Source: an uncultured delta proteobacterium (GTDB lineage: Bacteria > Myxococcota_A > Polyangia > Fen-1088). Taken from it: a stretch of 64,000 bases of DNA. Below are positions 11,101-18,812 of the stretch, one piece after another (positions within the stretch are counted from its first letter, which is position 1; the number at the start of each line of letters is the position of its first letter). The position numbers and the translations under genes are program-made. Location of the stretch: positions 576,001 to 640,000 of the forward strand of contig CAWCMR010000013.1 in the NCBI GenBank assembly GCA_963796685.1. The letters are read 5' to 3'. Under the pieces are notes generated by a model. That model made no database searches. It saw only the letters and a program-made list of their open reading frames with translations, and was not told the origin of the DNA.

Positions 11101-11973
11101 GTCCGCGCCGGTCGTCACGCCGGCCAGACGAGCACCCTCGAGATCGGTCACGCGCACGAACAGCCTCCACGCGCCGCGCGTGACAACGGTCTTGATCAAG
11201 AGCGGATTCGCGCCCCGTCGCAGATGCACGGGGGCCGCGTCCTGGTCGAGCCACGCGGGGCGGACCACGTCGTTCGCGTAGACCTCGTTTCCATCCACCC
11301 AAACCTTCACCGGGCCGGGGCTGCCCATGCGCAGGCCCACCCACCGATCCCGATCGCTGTTCACATAGGCCAGGAGGTAGGCGACGGCATCGCTGTCCGG
11401 CCGCAAGGCGGCGTCGACGAGGACCGCCCCTTGCACGAAAGCCTCGGCGGGCATCCGCCGCCATGCCACCTCGCGCTCTTTGCCCGCGTAGTGTCTACCT
11501 GCTGAGGGCTCGAGGGTCTTGATTTCCTCCTCGACGGGAAAGGCCCGTCCAAGCCCGCTGCGTCCTTGGGCATCGAAGGGACCCAGCACCCAGAAGTCGC
11601 GGAGCAGTCCAAGCGTCGCCCGCCGCCCGGTCGCCTGGGCGAAATCGCCTTGGCGGTCTTCTTCCAACGACAGCAAGTACGCGGCCTGGGACGCCACCAG
11701 TGGGTCGGCGGGTCCACCCAGCTTGCCGTCGAGGGTCTCGCGTAGCACCCGAGCCATCTGGCCGGGGGGCAGAGACTCCTCGGTTTGCACCAGGGCGGCC
11801 ACGGCGGCGATCGCCTCCGGCCGGCCGTGGTTGACCCGAAGCTGTTCCCGTGCGTGTTCCGCCGCGCGGCCGAGGATCTCGCCCGAGGCCCACGACGGGC
11901 GCGCAGCGAGCGCGAGCACAACTAGCAGCGCCGCCCGAAGGCGGCCCCGCGGGCAAAACCGCCAGACGAGCAT
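8194..11973 (-). CDS. Secreted TPR + DUF3857 + transglutaminase-like protein
   Basis: 1259 aa; signal peptide; TPRs; RYVGLEFGIHGYKP..RRFGDCKDKA (Cys), FDHAI (His), LDGT (Asp) triad. Confidence 0.85.
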   Translation of the reverse strand: MLVWRFCPRGRLRAALLVVLALAARPSWASGEILGRAAEHAREQLRVNHGRPEAIAAVAALVQTEESLPPGQMARVLRETLDGKLGGPADPLVASQAAYLLSLEEDRQGDFAQATGRRATLGLLRDFWVLGPFDAQGRSGLGRAFPVEEEIKTLEPSAGRHYAGKEREVAWRRMPAEAFVQGAVLVDAALRPDSDAVAYLLAYVNSDRDRWVGLRMGSPGPVKVWVDGNEVYANDVVRPAWLDQDAAPVHLRRGANPLLIKTVVTRGAWRLFVRVTDLEGARLAGVTTGADVPPHATVRAALPGRQPKVRALGMLLRERAERAGAATSAEAWLDEALYLSLVMPEDSDLGAAEKAANKALPAPSGHMTPVATEALFLLGNVAREDDDRRAALERVLPTLARAEDRARALAEIGQLWHSQHRDDAAVSRWRQAVALDPGCVQAQVALAGEEQDTGLAASALARVSALPDSIRRLPAVQDALSDIFRTLGRPADAEAALRAIHDVRRSDVGVLRELATAERRRGDLAESARWQGEALRWRPDLTSPVFAQASALEACGDIAGARSVLSKAVSRLPDDPGLPDELGRLEARAGHFAAAIAAMRRSLELRPQNPGLRRYADALLAAQKAKGETRSLDDLVSENAADGESLAREVLFGPSPADDASAEIVLDRTAVRVHGNGLGERFVQRLIHVRTERAARDNQETWIRFEPGRQEVEVRKARVLRKGANQGIEISEATGRDERDLSEPWYGLYYDTRAEVVTFENLRAGDVVEIQYTVADVGTSNDLADYFGDFQVIADTLPVRRWEYTLIAPPTRVFYFNQPRLASLRSTRETLGAEVRYHFEVRGLPAIESEPAMPGFAEVAPYLHVSTYRTWQDVGRWYWNLVADQMQDDGTLAKAAAKATAGATTVLDKVKAIHRLVVENTRYVGLEFGIHGYKPYPSTQVFQRRFGDCKDKATLMMALLHSVGVECELVLLRTRRGGRIDEAPASLAVFDHAIAYVPALNLYLDGTAEFSGLAELPAEDQDTMALRVSAHGAKLVRTPLLAPESNQALRKWQVDLNADGSADIVETLTITGQAAHEWRAHYQTPGERRERYAKVWSGRFAGATLGKLDMEVSDRNRPVSVLSTVTVPQMGERMRGGELRLPLSSRDADFTSTYARLGTRRWPLVLGYPWRHEEQVTYNLPAGARVVHAPSTRRIASPFGELTIAVTSSPDGRSVGVTSVLLVAKSRIEPASYPAFRAFLRDVDAALAERVVVEVEKTS

Positions 11974-12014
11974 GCGCCAAGTATAGCCGGCAATCCGGCG
12001 AATGCGGGCGGCCG

Positions 12015-12665
12015 TCAGCGCACGAAGTAGCGACCGATGGCTTCGCGAAGCGCCAGACGCGCCCGGTGCAAACGCGTCTTGACCGCGGGCACCGACAAGC
12101 CGAGCATCTCGGCGGTGTCTTCGGTCGAGAGCTCTTCGACGTCGCGCAGAAGGAAGACCGTGCGCAGGCCGTCCGGCAGGGCATCGACCGAGCTCTGGAT
12201 GTGTTTGCGCATCTCCGCCGACTGCAGTTGGTCGTCGGGTCGCTGCGACCAGTCGGCGTTGGCGCGCATGGTCTGGCCGCTCTCGGCCACGGCATCGTTC
12301 AGGACGGTAGGCTCGACATCGTCGACGGTGACTTCGGGGTGTCGGTTGCGGCTACGCAGCAACATGAGCGCGGCATTGACGGTGACCCGATACATCCAGC
12401 TTCCGAACTGCGCCCTGCCTTCGAAGCTTGGCAGATTGCGCCAGGCCGAGAGAAAGGCGTCTTGTAGGATTTCCTGGGCGTCCGTCTCGTTGCGCACGAA
12501 ACGCATGGCCAACCGATAGAGCTTGTTCTCGTAGCGGTTGACGAGCTCTTCGAAGGCGGTCTCGTCCTTGGCGCGCGCGCGTTCGACCAGGACCTCGTCG
12601 GCGATTTCACCGACGCTTCCTTCCGTCCGTTCGACCGGCGCATCCTTGCCGTCCTGCTCGTTCAT
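12015..12665 (-). CDS. ECF sigma-70 factor
   Basis: Region 2 (DAQEILQDAFLSAW..F.SWMYRVTVN) and region 4 (LS..DTAEMLGLSVPAVKTRLHRAR); ATG at 12665 preferred. Confidence 0.9.
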   Translation of the reverse strand: MNEQDGKDAPVERTEGSVGEIADEVLVERARAKDETAFEELVNRYENKLYRLAMRFVRNETDAQEILQDAFLSAWRNLPSFEGRAQFGSWMYRVTVNAALMLLRSRNRHPEVTVDDVEPTVLNDAVAESGQTMRANADWSQRPDDQLQSAEMRKHIQSSVDALPDGLRTVFLLRDVEELSTEDTAEMLGLSVPAVKTRLHRARLALREAIGRYFVR

Positions 12666-12721
12666 GGAACTACCTGCGAATACCATAAGATTGAAGCGGC
12701 GTCTCTATCTTGATGGGAACC

Positions 12722-12799
12722 CTGGGAGGGTTCCCAAACCCTCCCGCGCTCTGGCGAAGCCGGGCAAAGCCCGCCTTCGCCTACGCGTCTGATGGGAAC
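12722..12799. repeat. ~78-bp hairpin-rich direct repeat, left copy
   Basis: CTGGGAGGGTTCCCAAACCCTCCCGCGC...GCCTACGCGTCTGATGGGAAC, similar to 14309-14386. Confidence 0.8.
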
Positions 12800-12810
12800 G
12801 CTGGAAGGGA

Positions 12811-14305
12811 ACCCTTTCAGGGTGTTGAGAAGCCAGCGACTGAAATCGGGATCGGCCTTCTGGTGGCCGCGTAGCGGCCATATCTCCTCGCCCCGCGCTC
12901 GCGCGGGGAGAGGACGCCGCGCGAAGCGCGGCAGGTGAGGGGCCGCCCCGCTTCCTCCTTCGCGCCCCACTCGCCCCGTCGGGCAGAGGCTGGCATCTTG
13001 GCCCGCGCGACTGAAACCAAGACTGGTGTCCTGGCGGCCGCGTAGCGGCCATATCTCCTCGCCCCGCGCTCGCGCGGGGAGAGGATGCACTGGCAGTGCC
13101 CGCCGGCAACTGGGTCGCCTCGCCCCGCGCTCGCGCGGGGAGAGGACGCCGCGCGAAGCGCGGCAGGTGAGGGGCCGCCCCGCTCCCTCTTTCGCCCCTC
13201 TCTCGCCCAGTCGGCCAGATGCTGGCATCTTGGCCCGCGCGACTGAAACCAAGACTGGTGTCCTGGCGGCCGCGTAGCGGCCATATCTCCTCGCCCCGCG
13301 CTCGCGCGGGGAGAGGACGCCGCGCGAAGCGCGGCAGGTGAGGGGCCGCCCCGCTTCCTCCTTCGCCCCTCTCTCGCCCAGTCGGCCAGATGCTGGGATC
13401 TTGAAACCAAGACTGGTGTCCTGGTGGCCGCGTAGCGGCCATATCTCCTCGCCCCGCGCTCGCGCGGGGAGAGGACGCCGCGCGAAGCGCGGCAGGTGAG
13501 GGGCCGCCCCGCTTCCTCCTTCGCGCCCCACTCGCCCCGTCGGGCAGAGGCTGGCATCTTGGCCCGCGCGACTGAAACCAAGACTGGTGTCCTGGCGGCC
13601 GCGTAGCGGCCATATCTCCTCGCCCCGCGCTCGCGCGGGGAGAGGATGCACTGGCAGTGCCCGCCGGCAACTGGGTCGCCTCGCCCCGCGCTCGCGCGGG
13701 GAGAGGACGCCGCGCGAAGCGCGGCAGGTGAGGGGCCGCCCCGCTCCCTCTTTCGCCCCTCTCTCGCCCAGTCGGCCAGATGCTGGCATCTTGAAACCAA
13801 GACTGGTGTCCTGGTGGCCGCGTAGCGGCCATATCTCCTCGCCCCGCGCTCGCGCGGGGAGAGGACGCCGCGCGAAGCGCGGCAGGTGAGGGGCCGCCCC
13901 GCTTCCTCCTTCGCCCCTCTCTCGCCCAGTCGGCCAGATGCTGGCATCTTGAAACCAAGACTGGTGTCCTGGTGGCCGCGTAGCGGCCATATCTCCTCGC
14001 CCCGCGCTCGCGCGGGGAGAGGACGCCGCGCGAAGCGCGGCAGGTGAGGGGCCGCCCCGCTCCCTCTTTCGCCCCCCACTCGCCCCGTCGGGCAGAGGCT
14101 GGCATCTTGGCCCGCGCGACTGAAACCAAGACTGGTGTCCTGGCGGCCGCGTAGCGGCCATATCTCCTCGCCCCGCGCTCACGCGGGGAGAGGACGCCGC
14201 GCGAAGCGCGGCAGGTGAGGGGCCGCCCCGCTCCCTCTTTCGCCCCTCTCTCGCCCAGTCGGCCAGATGCTGGGATCTTGGCCCTCACGAACACCTTGAA
14301 AGGGT
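12811..14305. repeat. REP/BIME-like mosaic tandem array (8 units) bounded by a 16-bp inverted repeat
   Basis: Units start at 12860, 13031, 13263, 13421, 13592, 13811, 13969 and 14140 (spacings 171, 232, 158, 171, 219, 158, 171). Ends ACCCTTTCAGGGTGTT (12811-12826) and AACACCTTGAAAGGGT (14290-14305) are 15/16 inverted. Confidence 0.95.
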
Positions 14306-14308
14306 GTA

Positions 14309-14386
14309 CTGGGACGGTTCCCAAACCCTCCGCGCCATGGGCGGATGCGGGCCAAACCCGACTACGCCTACGCGGCTGATGGGAAC
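14309..14386. repeat. ~78-bp hairpin-rich direct repeat, right copy
   Basis: CTGGGACGGTTCCCAAACCCTCCGCGC...GCCTACGCGGCTGATGGGAAC. Confidence 0.8.
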
Positions 14387-14404
14387 CCGCACCCACAGGG
14401 AGAT

Positions 14405-15367
14405 CTAGCGGCAGTAGCCGTAGTTCTGCGATCCGTAGAGGGCGTTGCAGCCGCCCCCGTTCGGGCACGCCGAGCCCGAGGCTTTCAGGCTGCACACCGT
14501 ATGACAGGTGGCATTCACGCACGCGGAGCCTGGCGCGCAATTGTCGGGACTGGTGGTGCATGGCTGACCTACCGCCACGTAGTGCAACGAGTAGCAGTCG
14601 CACACCGTGCTGTCGGTATTGCCAACCCCTGTGAGCCCGGCCAGGAAAACGCAGTTGAAGTTGCTTTGTGCCTTCGCGCAAGTCGCACTTCCCGTGGGAT
14701 TGCACGCTTCGATGGGAGGCGAGCAGAAGAAGAGACCCTTCACCGCCTGGTTCGTAGCATCCACGATGGTGCTTGCCGTGCAGCTGCTGTTGCTGCCGCA
14801 ATCCGAGTCGGTGCGGCAGGTCTTGTAGCAGAGGTTCTGGCAAAGATCGTCGTAGATGCACACCGAGCCGGGTGCACAGAGTGTCGTATTGGGGCTGTTG
14901 CACGCACCCAGCGGTTGCACGAAGGTCGTGTTCGCTGGCACTGCGGTGGCCTCGCAGATGAATGAGGTGTTGGTCTGGTCGTCAAGAACGCAGCGGTGGT
15001 TGCACGGACAGCCGGCCTGACAAACTGGATCGCATGTGCTGTTCGGAATCGGTTGGTTCGCGCTGCAGTTGGTGAATGGTCCGAACCCCGAAGCGGGGGC
15101 GACCGCACAGACGGAGCCAGGCTCGGCGTCTGCCTTGGCAGCGGCGGTGTCGGGACTTTCGCTGGCTCCGGCGTCAGCCGGTGTTCCGTTCCTCCAGCAG
15201 TGTCCAGCCGACCCTACCTGACCGTCGATTCTGCACGTGAACCCGGATGGACAGGTGCCCCCCGTTCCACAGACCAGACCACCGTTCTTGATGTTGTCGG
15301 TCTTGTAGCAGCCGGCCATTGCAAGCAAGGCAGAGAGCCCGAGCACGCGAACGATAGTCTTGTTCAT
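14405..15367 (-). CDS. Cysteine-rich lipoprotein (myxobacterial type)
   Basis: Lipobox MAGC; many Cys in repeated C-x-x-x-x-C patterns; GGAG upstream of ATG 15367 (alternative start 15379). Confidence 0.85.
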   Translation of the reverse strand: MNKTIVRVLGLSALLAMAGCYKTDNIKNGGLVCGTGGTCPSGFTCRIDGQVGSAGHCWRNGTPADAGASESPDTAAAKADAEPGSVCAVAPASGFGPFTNCSANQPIPNSTCDPVCQAGCPCNHRCVLDDQTNTSFICEATAVPANTTFVQPLGACNSPNTTLCAPGSVCIYDDLCQNLCYKTCRTDSDCGSNSSCTASTIVDATNQAVKGLFFCSPPIEACNPTGSATCAKAQSNFNCVFLAGLTGVGNTDSTVCDCYSLHYVAVGQPCTTSPDNCAPGSACVNATCHTVCSLKASGSACPNGGGCNALYGSQNYGYCR

Positions 15368-15380
15368 GGGCCGCTCCATC

Positions 15381-16280
15381 CTAGAAGGTCAACAAGGCCG
15401 AGCCACCGGCGAAGGTCGGCGCGGCGACTGGCGCGAGCGAGACGGAGGGCGCAGACGTATCTCGCCATCTCCACAGCAGGTATCCGCCGGTACCGGCGCT
15501 GGCAATTCCAAGGACGGCCGTGACACCGGCGATGACATTGGCTTCCTTGCCGCTCGATTCCACCGAAGGATCGAAGGGCTGCCGATTCAGCGAAGCGTCT
15601 TGCAGCGTCTTCGCTTTGCTTGCCCCCACGGCCGCCGCGATGACCGCGGTCAAAAGGCACGCACCACCCACGCCGAGCAACGAGTAGGCGATCCATTTCG
15701 GCCTCGGCGGAGCGGGCTCGGACGGAGGTGGTTGCTGGAACGCCACGCCGCTCGGCGGCTGTTCGGGCACGGGAGCAGCGGCCGGTGGCAAGGACGCGGG
15801 TGCCATGGGCACGGGCGCCGGCCACTCGGCCGCAGGGGGCACAGCCGGGACCGGCGGAGGCGGCGCCGGTTGAGCTTGCGCGGGCGGCGGCTCGGCGGGC
15901 AGGCCACGCCGACGGTCCTCGACGGTCTTCTCCAAATCGGCGATCTTCTTCTCGACATCGGCGCGGTTGCTCGCGTCAGGACGGCGGCGCAGAAAGTTCT
16001 TGTAGGCGCGAATGGCATCTTCCGGCCAATCCCACAGCCGATACGCCTGCCCGATGTTGAACAGCAGGGCGGCGTCTTCGACGAGAAGATAGGCCTGCTC
16101 GTACTCGGCGATGGCCTCGCCATACTTGCCCACGTCGTAAAGGCGTGTCGCCCGCTCGTAGTGCTCCTTGGCCTGCTGCTTCTTCGCCGCCTCGTTCTCG
16201 GCGCGCGCGGCGCCGGGAAGGGCAAGGCAAAAGGCCAGGGTTGCGAGCACGAGAGCTATCTTGCCTGGATTCATCGGCAT
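15381..16280 (-). CDS. Secreted TPR protein with Pro-rich linker and hydrophobic C-terminal region ending in Phe
   Basis: Signal peptide ending ARA-E; TPR (YGEAIAEYEQAY..LLFNIGQAYR); two hydrophobic segments; terminal GGSALLTF. Confidence 0.8.
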   Translation of the reverse strand: MPMNPGKIALVLATLAFCLALPGAARAENEAAKKQQAKEHYERATRLYDVGKYGEAIAEYEQAYLLVEDAALLFNIGQAYRLWDWPEDAIRAYKNFLRRRPDASNRADVEKKIADLEKTVEDRRRGLPAEPPPAQAQPAPPPPVPAVPPAAEWPAPVPMAPASLPPAAAPVPEQPPSGVAFQQPPPSEPAPPRPKWIAYSLLGVGGACLLTAVIAAAVGASKAKTLQDASLNRQPFDPSVESSGKEANVIAGVTAVLGIASAGTGGYLLWRWRDTSAPSVSLAPVAAPTFAGGSALLTF

Positions 16281-16399
16281 TCCATTCTTGGCTGGTCTTG
16301 GCTGGTCTTGGCTGGGAGGGATCCGCCGACCCGGCGGCACAGGGTAGACTACAGCACGGTTTCCGCCGCAATCAAAGGCCGCCGCGCCCCGTCCCGTGC

Positions 16400-17323
16400 T
16401 CAGCCGCGGACGCAGTTGCGACCGGCAGACTTCGCTTCGTAGAGCCGCTCGTCGGCGCGCCTGATGAGGGCAGCCGCGGTGGGCTCTTCCAGATCAAGGG
16501 TCGCCACGCCCATCGAAATGGTCACCGGAATCTTGGTTGCTTCGAAACGGAACTCGGTGCTTTCGACGATGCGGCGAACCTTTTCCGCGAACTGGTGCGC
16601 GTTGTGGCCGTCGATTTCGGGCAAGATGATGGCGAACTCCTCGCCCCCGTAACGCGCGAAGATGTCCTCGGTGCGAATCTTGGCCTTCACGGTGAGCGCG
16701 AGGGTCTTAAGCACGGCGTCACCGGCGAGATGGCCATGGGTGTCGTTGACGTCCTTGAAGTGATCGAGATCGAACATCACGAGGGACAGCTCGCGACGAT
16801 ACCGGCTTGCGCGCGCGATCTCGCGCGCAAGCGCCTCGGAGAAATAGCGTTTGTTGAAGACCTGCGTGAGGCCGTCGACAGTGGTCAGGCGGTAAATTTC
16901 TTCGTGGTAGGCGCGTTCGATGTTCCCGCCCGACAGGAACTTGAAGATGGTGCGGCCGATCTTGATGAAATCACCGTCGACCAGGGTGCGTTCCTCGACC
17001 AGCTCGTCGTTGACGTAGGTTCCATTGGTCGATCCCAGATCGCGAATGCGCACCGAGCGGCCGGCGTTGACGATTTTGGAATGGGCGCGCGAGACCGACT
17101 CTTGATCGATCTGGATATCGCACTTGTTCGAACGACCGAGAGTCATGGATGGACTCTCGAGGCCGTACTTGCGTCCCAGCTCCGGACCGTAGATGACGAC
17201 CAAGCACGCCTCCTTGGCGGGCGGGTGCTCGGTGATGCGATTGATGCTGGTGACCACCGTCTTGGACCGAATGCGATCCAGATCAGGCGTGGTGTCATCG
17301 CGTTTGGAAGGGGGTCGGGCCAA
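16400..17323 (-). CDS. FHA-GGDEF diguanylate cyclase
   Basis: FHA ([17 protein letters not shown]) plus GGDEF domain ([25 protein letters not shown], RxxD I-site RTED); start uncertain, TTG 17323 chosen. Confidence 0.9.
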   Translation of the reverse strand: MARPPSKRDDTTPDLDRIRSKTVVTSINRITEHPPAKEACLVVIYGPELGRKYGLESPSMTLGRSNKCDIQIDQESVSRAHSKIVNAGRSVRIRDLGSTNGTYVNDELVEERTLVDGDFIKIGRTIFKFLSGGNIERAYHEEIYRLTTVDGLTQVFNKRYFSEALAREIARASRYRRELSLVMFDLDHFKDVNDTHGHLAGDAVLKTLALTVKAKIRTEDIFARYGGEEFAIILPEIDGHNAHQFAEKVRRIVESTEFRFEATKIPVTISMGVATLDLEEPTAAALIRRADERLYEAKSAGRNCVRG

Positions 17324-17412
17324 GGCTGCCAGTCCAGGGTAGGTCAGGAATGCTGCGCGGTAAAGAAGAAGGGTTATTTGACACACATACCTACATGTAT
17401 GACCTTGTAACC

Positions 17413-18750
17413 ATGGCACCCATTCGCAGCACTTCTGGGACCTCCTGCAAAGCTCTCGCGACGCTGCTGACCCTGGCAATGGGGGAAACGGGGACAAGCA
17501 AAGCGGCGGCCGAGGAGAGTCGCTCGGGTGGGGCCTGGGGTTCCCCTGTCAATGCTCCGGAGGAATACCCCAATCCTTCGCGACCCGTGGTGGTGCTGGA
17601 TACGAAAACCCTGCATGGCTCGCATTTTGTCGCCGATCTGGAAGGCGGCGGACTGGCGCAGCTGACACTGCATCCGGCGCTGCAGGAGTCCATCGAAGAA
17701 GCACTGGCCTCGCACCACCTTCCCTTTGCCGCGGCGGCCGTGATTTCCATCCCGGACGGCAGAGTGCTGGCCCTCGCCGGCTATTCCAAGGCCGATCCGT
17801 CCCTCGATGCCGCCGCCCTGGCCTTGCGGCCGTGGGCACCGGCCGCGTCGGTATTCAAGGTCGTGTCCGCCTCGGCGCTGCTGCAAGAGGGACACGTCGA
17901 TCCTGAATCGCGCGTTTGCTACCACGCCGGGGTCTCCTCCGTGCTGCGCGACAACCTCGTCGACATGCCGGCCATCGACCATAGCTGCGCCAGCCTGGGC
18001 TACGGCATCGGCAAGTCCCAGAACGCCATCATCGCCAAGCTGGCCGCGCGCAATCTGCGCCCGGAACAATTGGAGCGCATGGCGGCGGCATTCGGGTTCG
18101 GCCAAGACATCAGTTTCGATGTCCCCATGGAGCCGTCCGAGGTCGAGATCCCGCGCGAGCCCCTCGAATTCGCCCGCGCGGCTGCCGGCTTTTGGCACAG
18201 CTCGCTTTCGCCGCTCCACGGAGCACTGCTCGCCGCCACCATCGCCAACAACGGCGAGATGCCGGCGCCCCGCCTCATCGAGAAGGCCGTCGATGCACAG
18301 GGCGTCCCGGTGGCGCTGACCAAGGCAGCCTCCCACCGCGTGCTCGACCGAGCGGTTGCCGCGCAGGTTGGCCGGATGATGCGGCTCACGACCAGTATGG
18401 GAACCGCGCGACACAGCTTCCGCGACCGCAAAGGCCGCCCCACCCTGCCCATCGAGGTTGCGGGCAAGACCGGCACGCTCTTCTACCGCGGGCGCGCCCA
18501 CGATCCCATCCTGCCCGGCTCCGCCACCACACTCGAGGCCGGAGGGCTCGGCTACAGCTGGTTCATCGGCTTCGCGCCGGTCGACCATCCCAAGATCGCC
18601 TTTGCCGTGCTGCTGGGCAATCCGGTTGCCTCCCAGCTCAGGGCACATTCCGTGGCCCGCAATCTGGTCGCCGACTACCTGGCCGCGGAAGGTGCGAGCT
18701 CGAGTCCGGGGAGCGCGGGCAAGCACGGTCACCTTCTCGCCCACCGCTAG
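17413..18750 (+). CDS. Penicillin-binding protein, transpeptidase domain
   Basis: SxxK (ASVFK), SxN (SQN) and KTG motifs. Confidence 0.85.
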   Translation: MAPIRSTSGTSCKALATLLTLAMGETGTSKAAAEESRSGGAWGSPVNAPEEYPNPSRPVVVLDTKTLHGSHFVADLEGGGLAQLTLHPALQESIEEALASHHLPFAAAAVISIPDGRVLALAGYSKADPSLDAAALALRPWAPAASVFKVVSASALLQEGHVDPESRVCYHAGVSSVLRDNLVDMPAIDHSCASLGYGIGKSQNAIIAKLAARNLRPEQLERMAAAFGFGQDISFDVPMEPSEVEIPREPLEFARAAAGFWHSSLSPLHGALLAATIANNGEMPAPRLIEKAVDAQGVPVALTKAASHRVLDRAVAAQVGRMMRLTTSMGTARHSFRDRKGRPTLPIEVAGKTGTLFYRGRAHDPILPGSATTLEAGGLGYSWFIGFAPVDHPKIAFAVLLGNPVASQLRAHSVARNLVADYLAAEGASSSPGSAGKHGHLLAHR

Positions 18751-18812
18751 TTGTGTCGCTTTCGCATCCAGACTGATACAATGCTTCACCCGAGTCGTGG
18801 GTGAAGGATCCC

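Noticed and set aside
4673-11505. Plus-strand ORFs of 1201 and 1031 aa
   Set aside because: Antisense shadows of the GC-rich transglutaminase genes; the same applies to many other overlapping ORFs in the track.
12722-12799. c-di-GMP or other riboswitch in the 78-bp element (GGCAAAGCC)
   Set aside because: The paired GEMM architecture is not recognisable, and the motif is on the strand opposite the neighbouring genes; an Rfam scan would settle it.
12860-14283. CRISPR array
   Set aside because: Units are 158-232 bp, the variable parts are recurring two-state alleles rather than unique spacers, and no cas genes are present.
12662-14903. Long ORFs (506, 732 and 420 aa) across the array as real genes
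   Set aside because: They are translations of a palindromic DNA repeat in all frames, with no RBS or domain signal.
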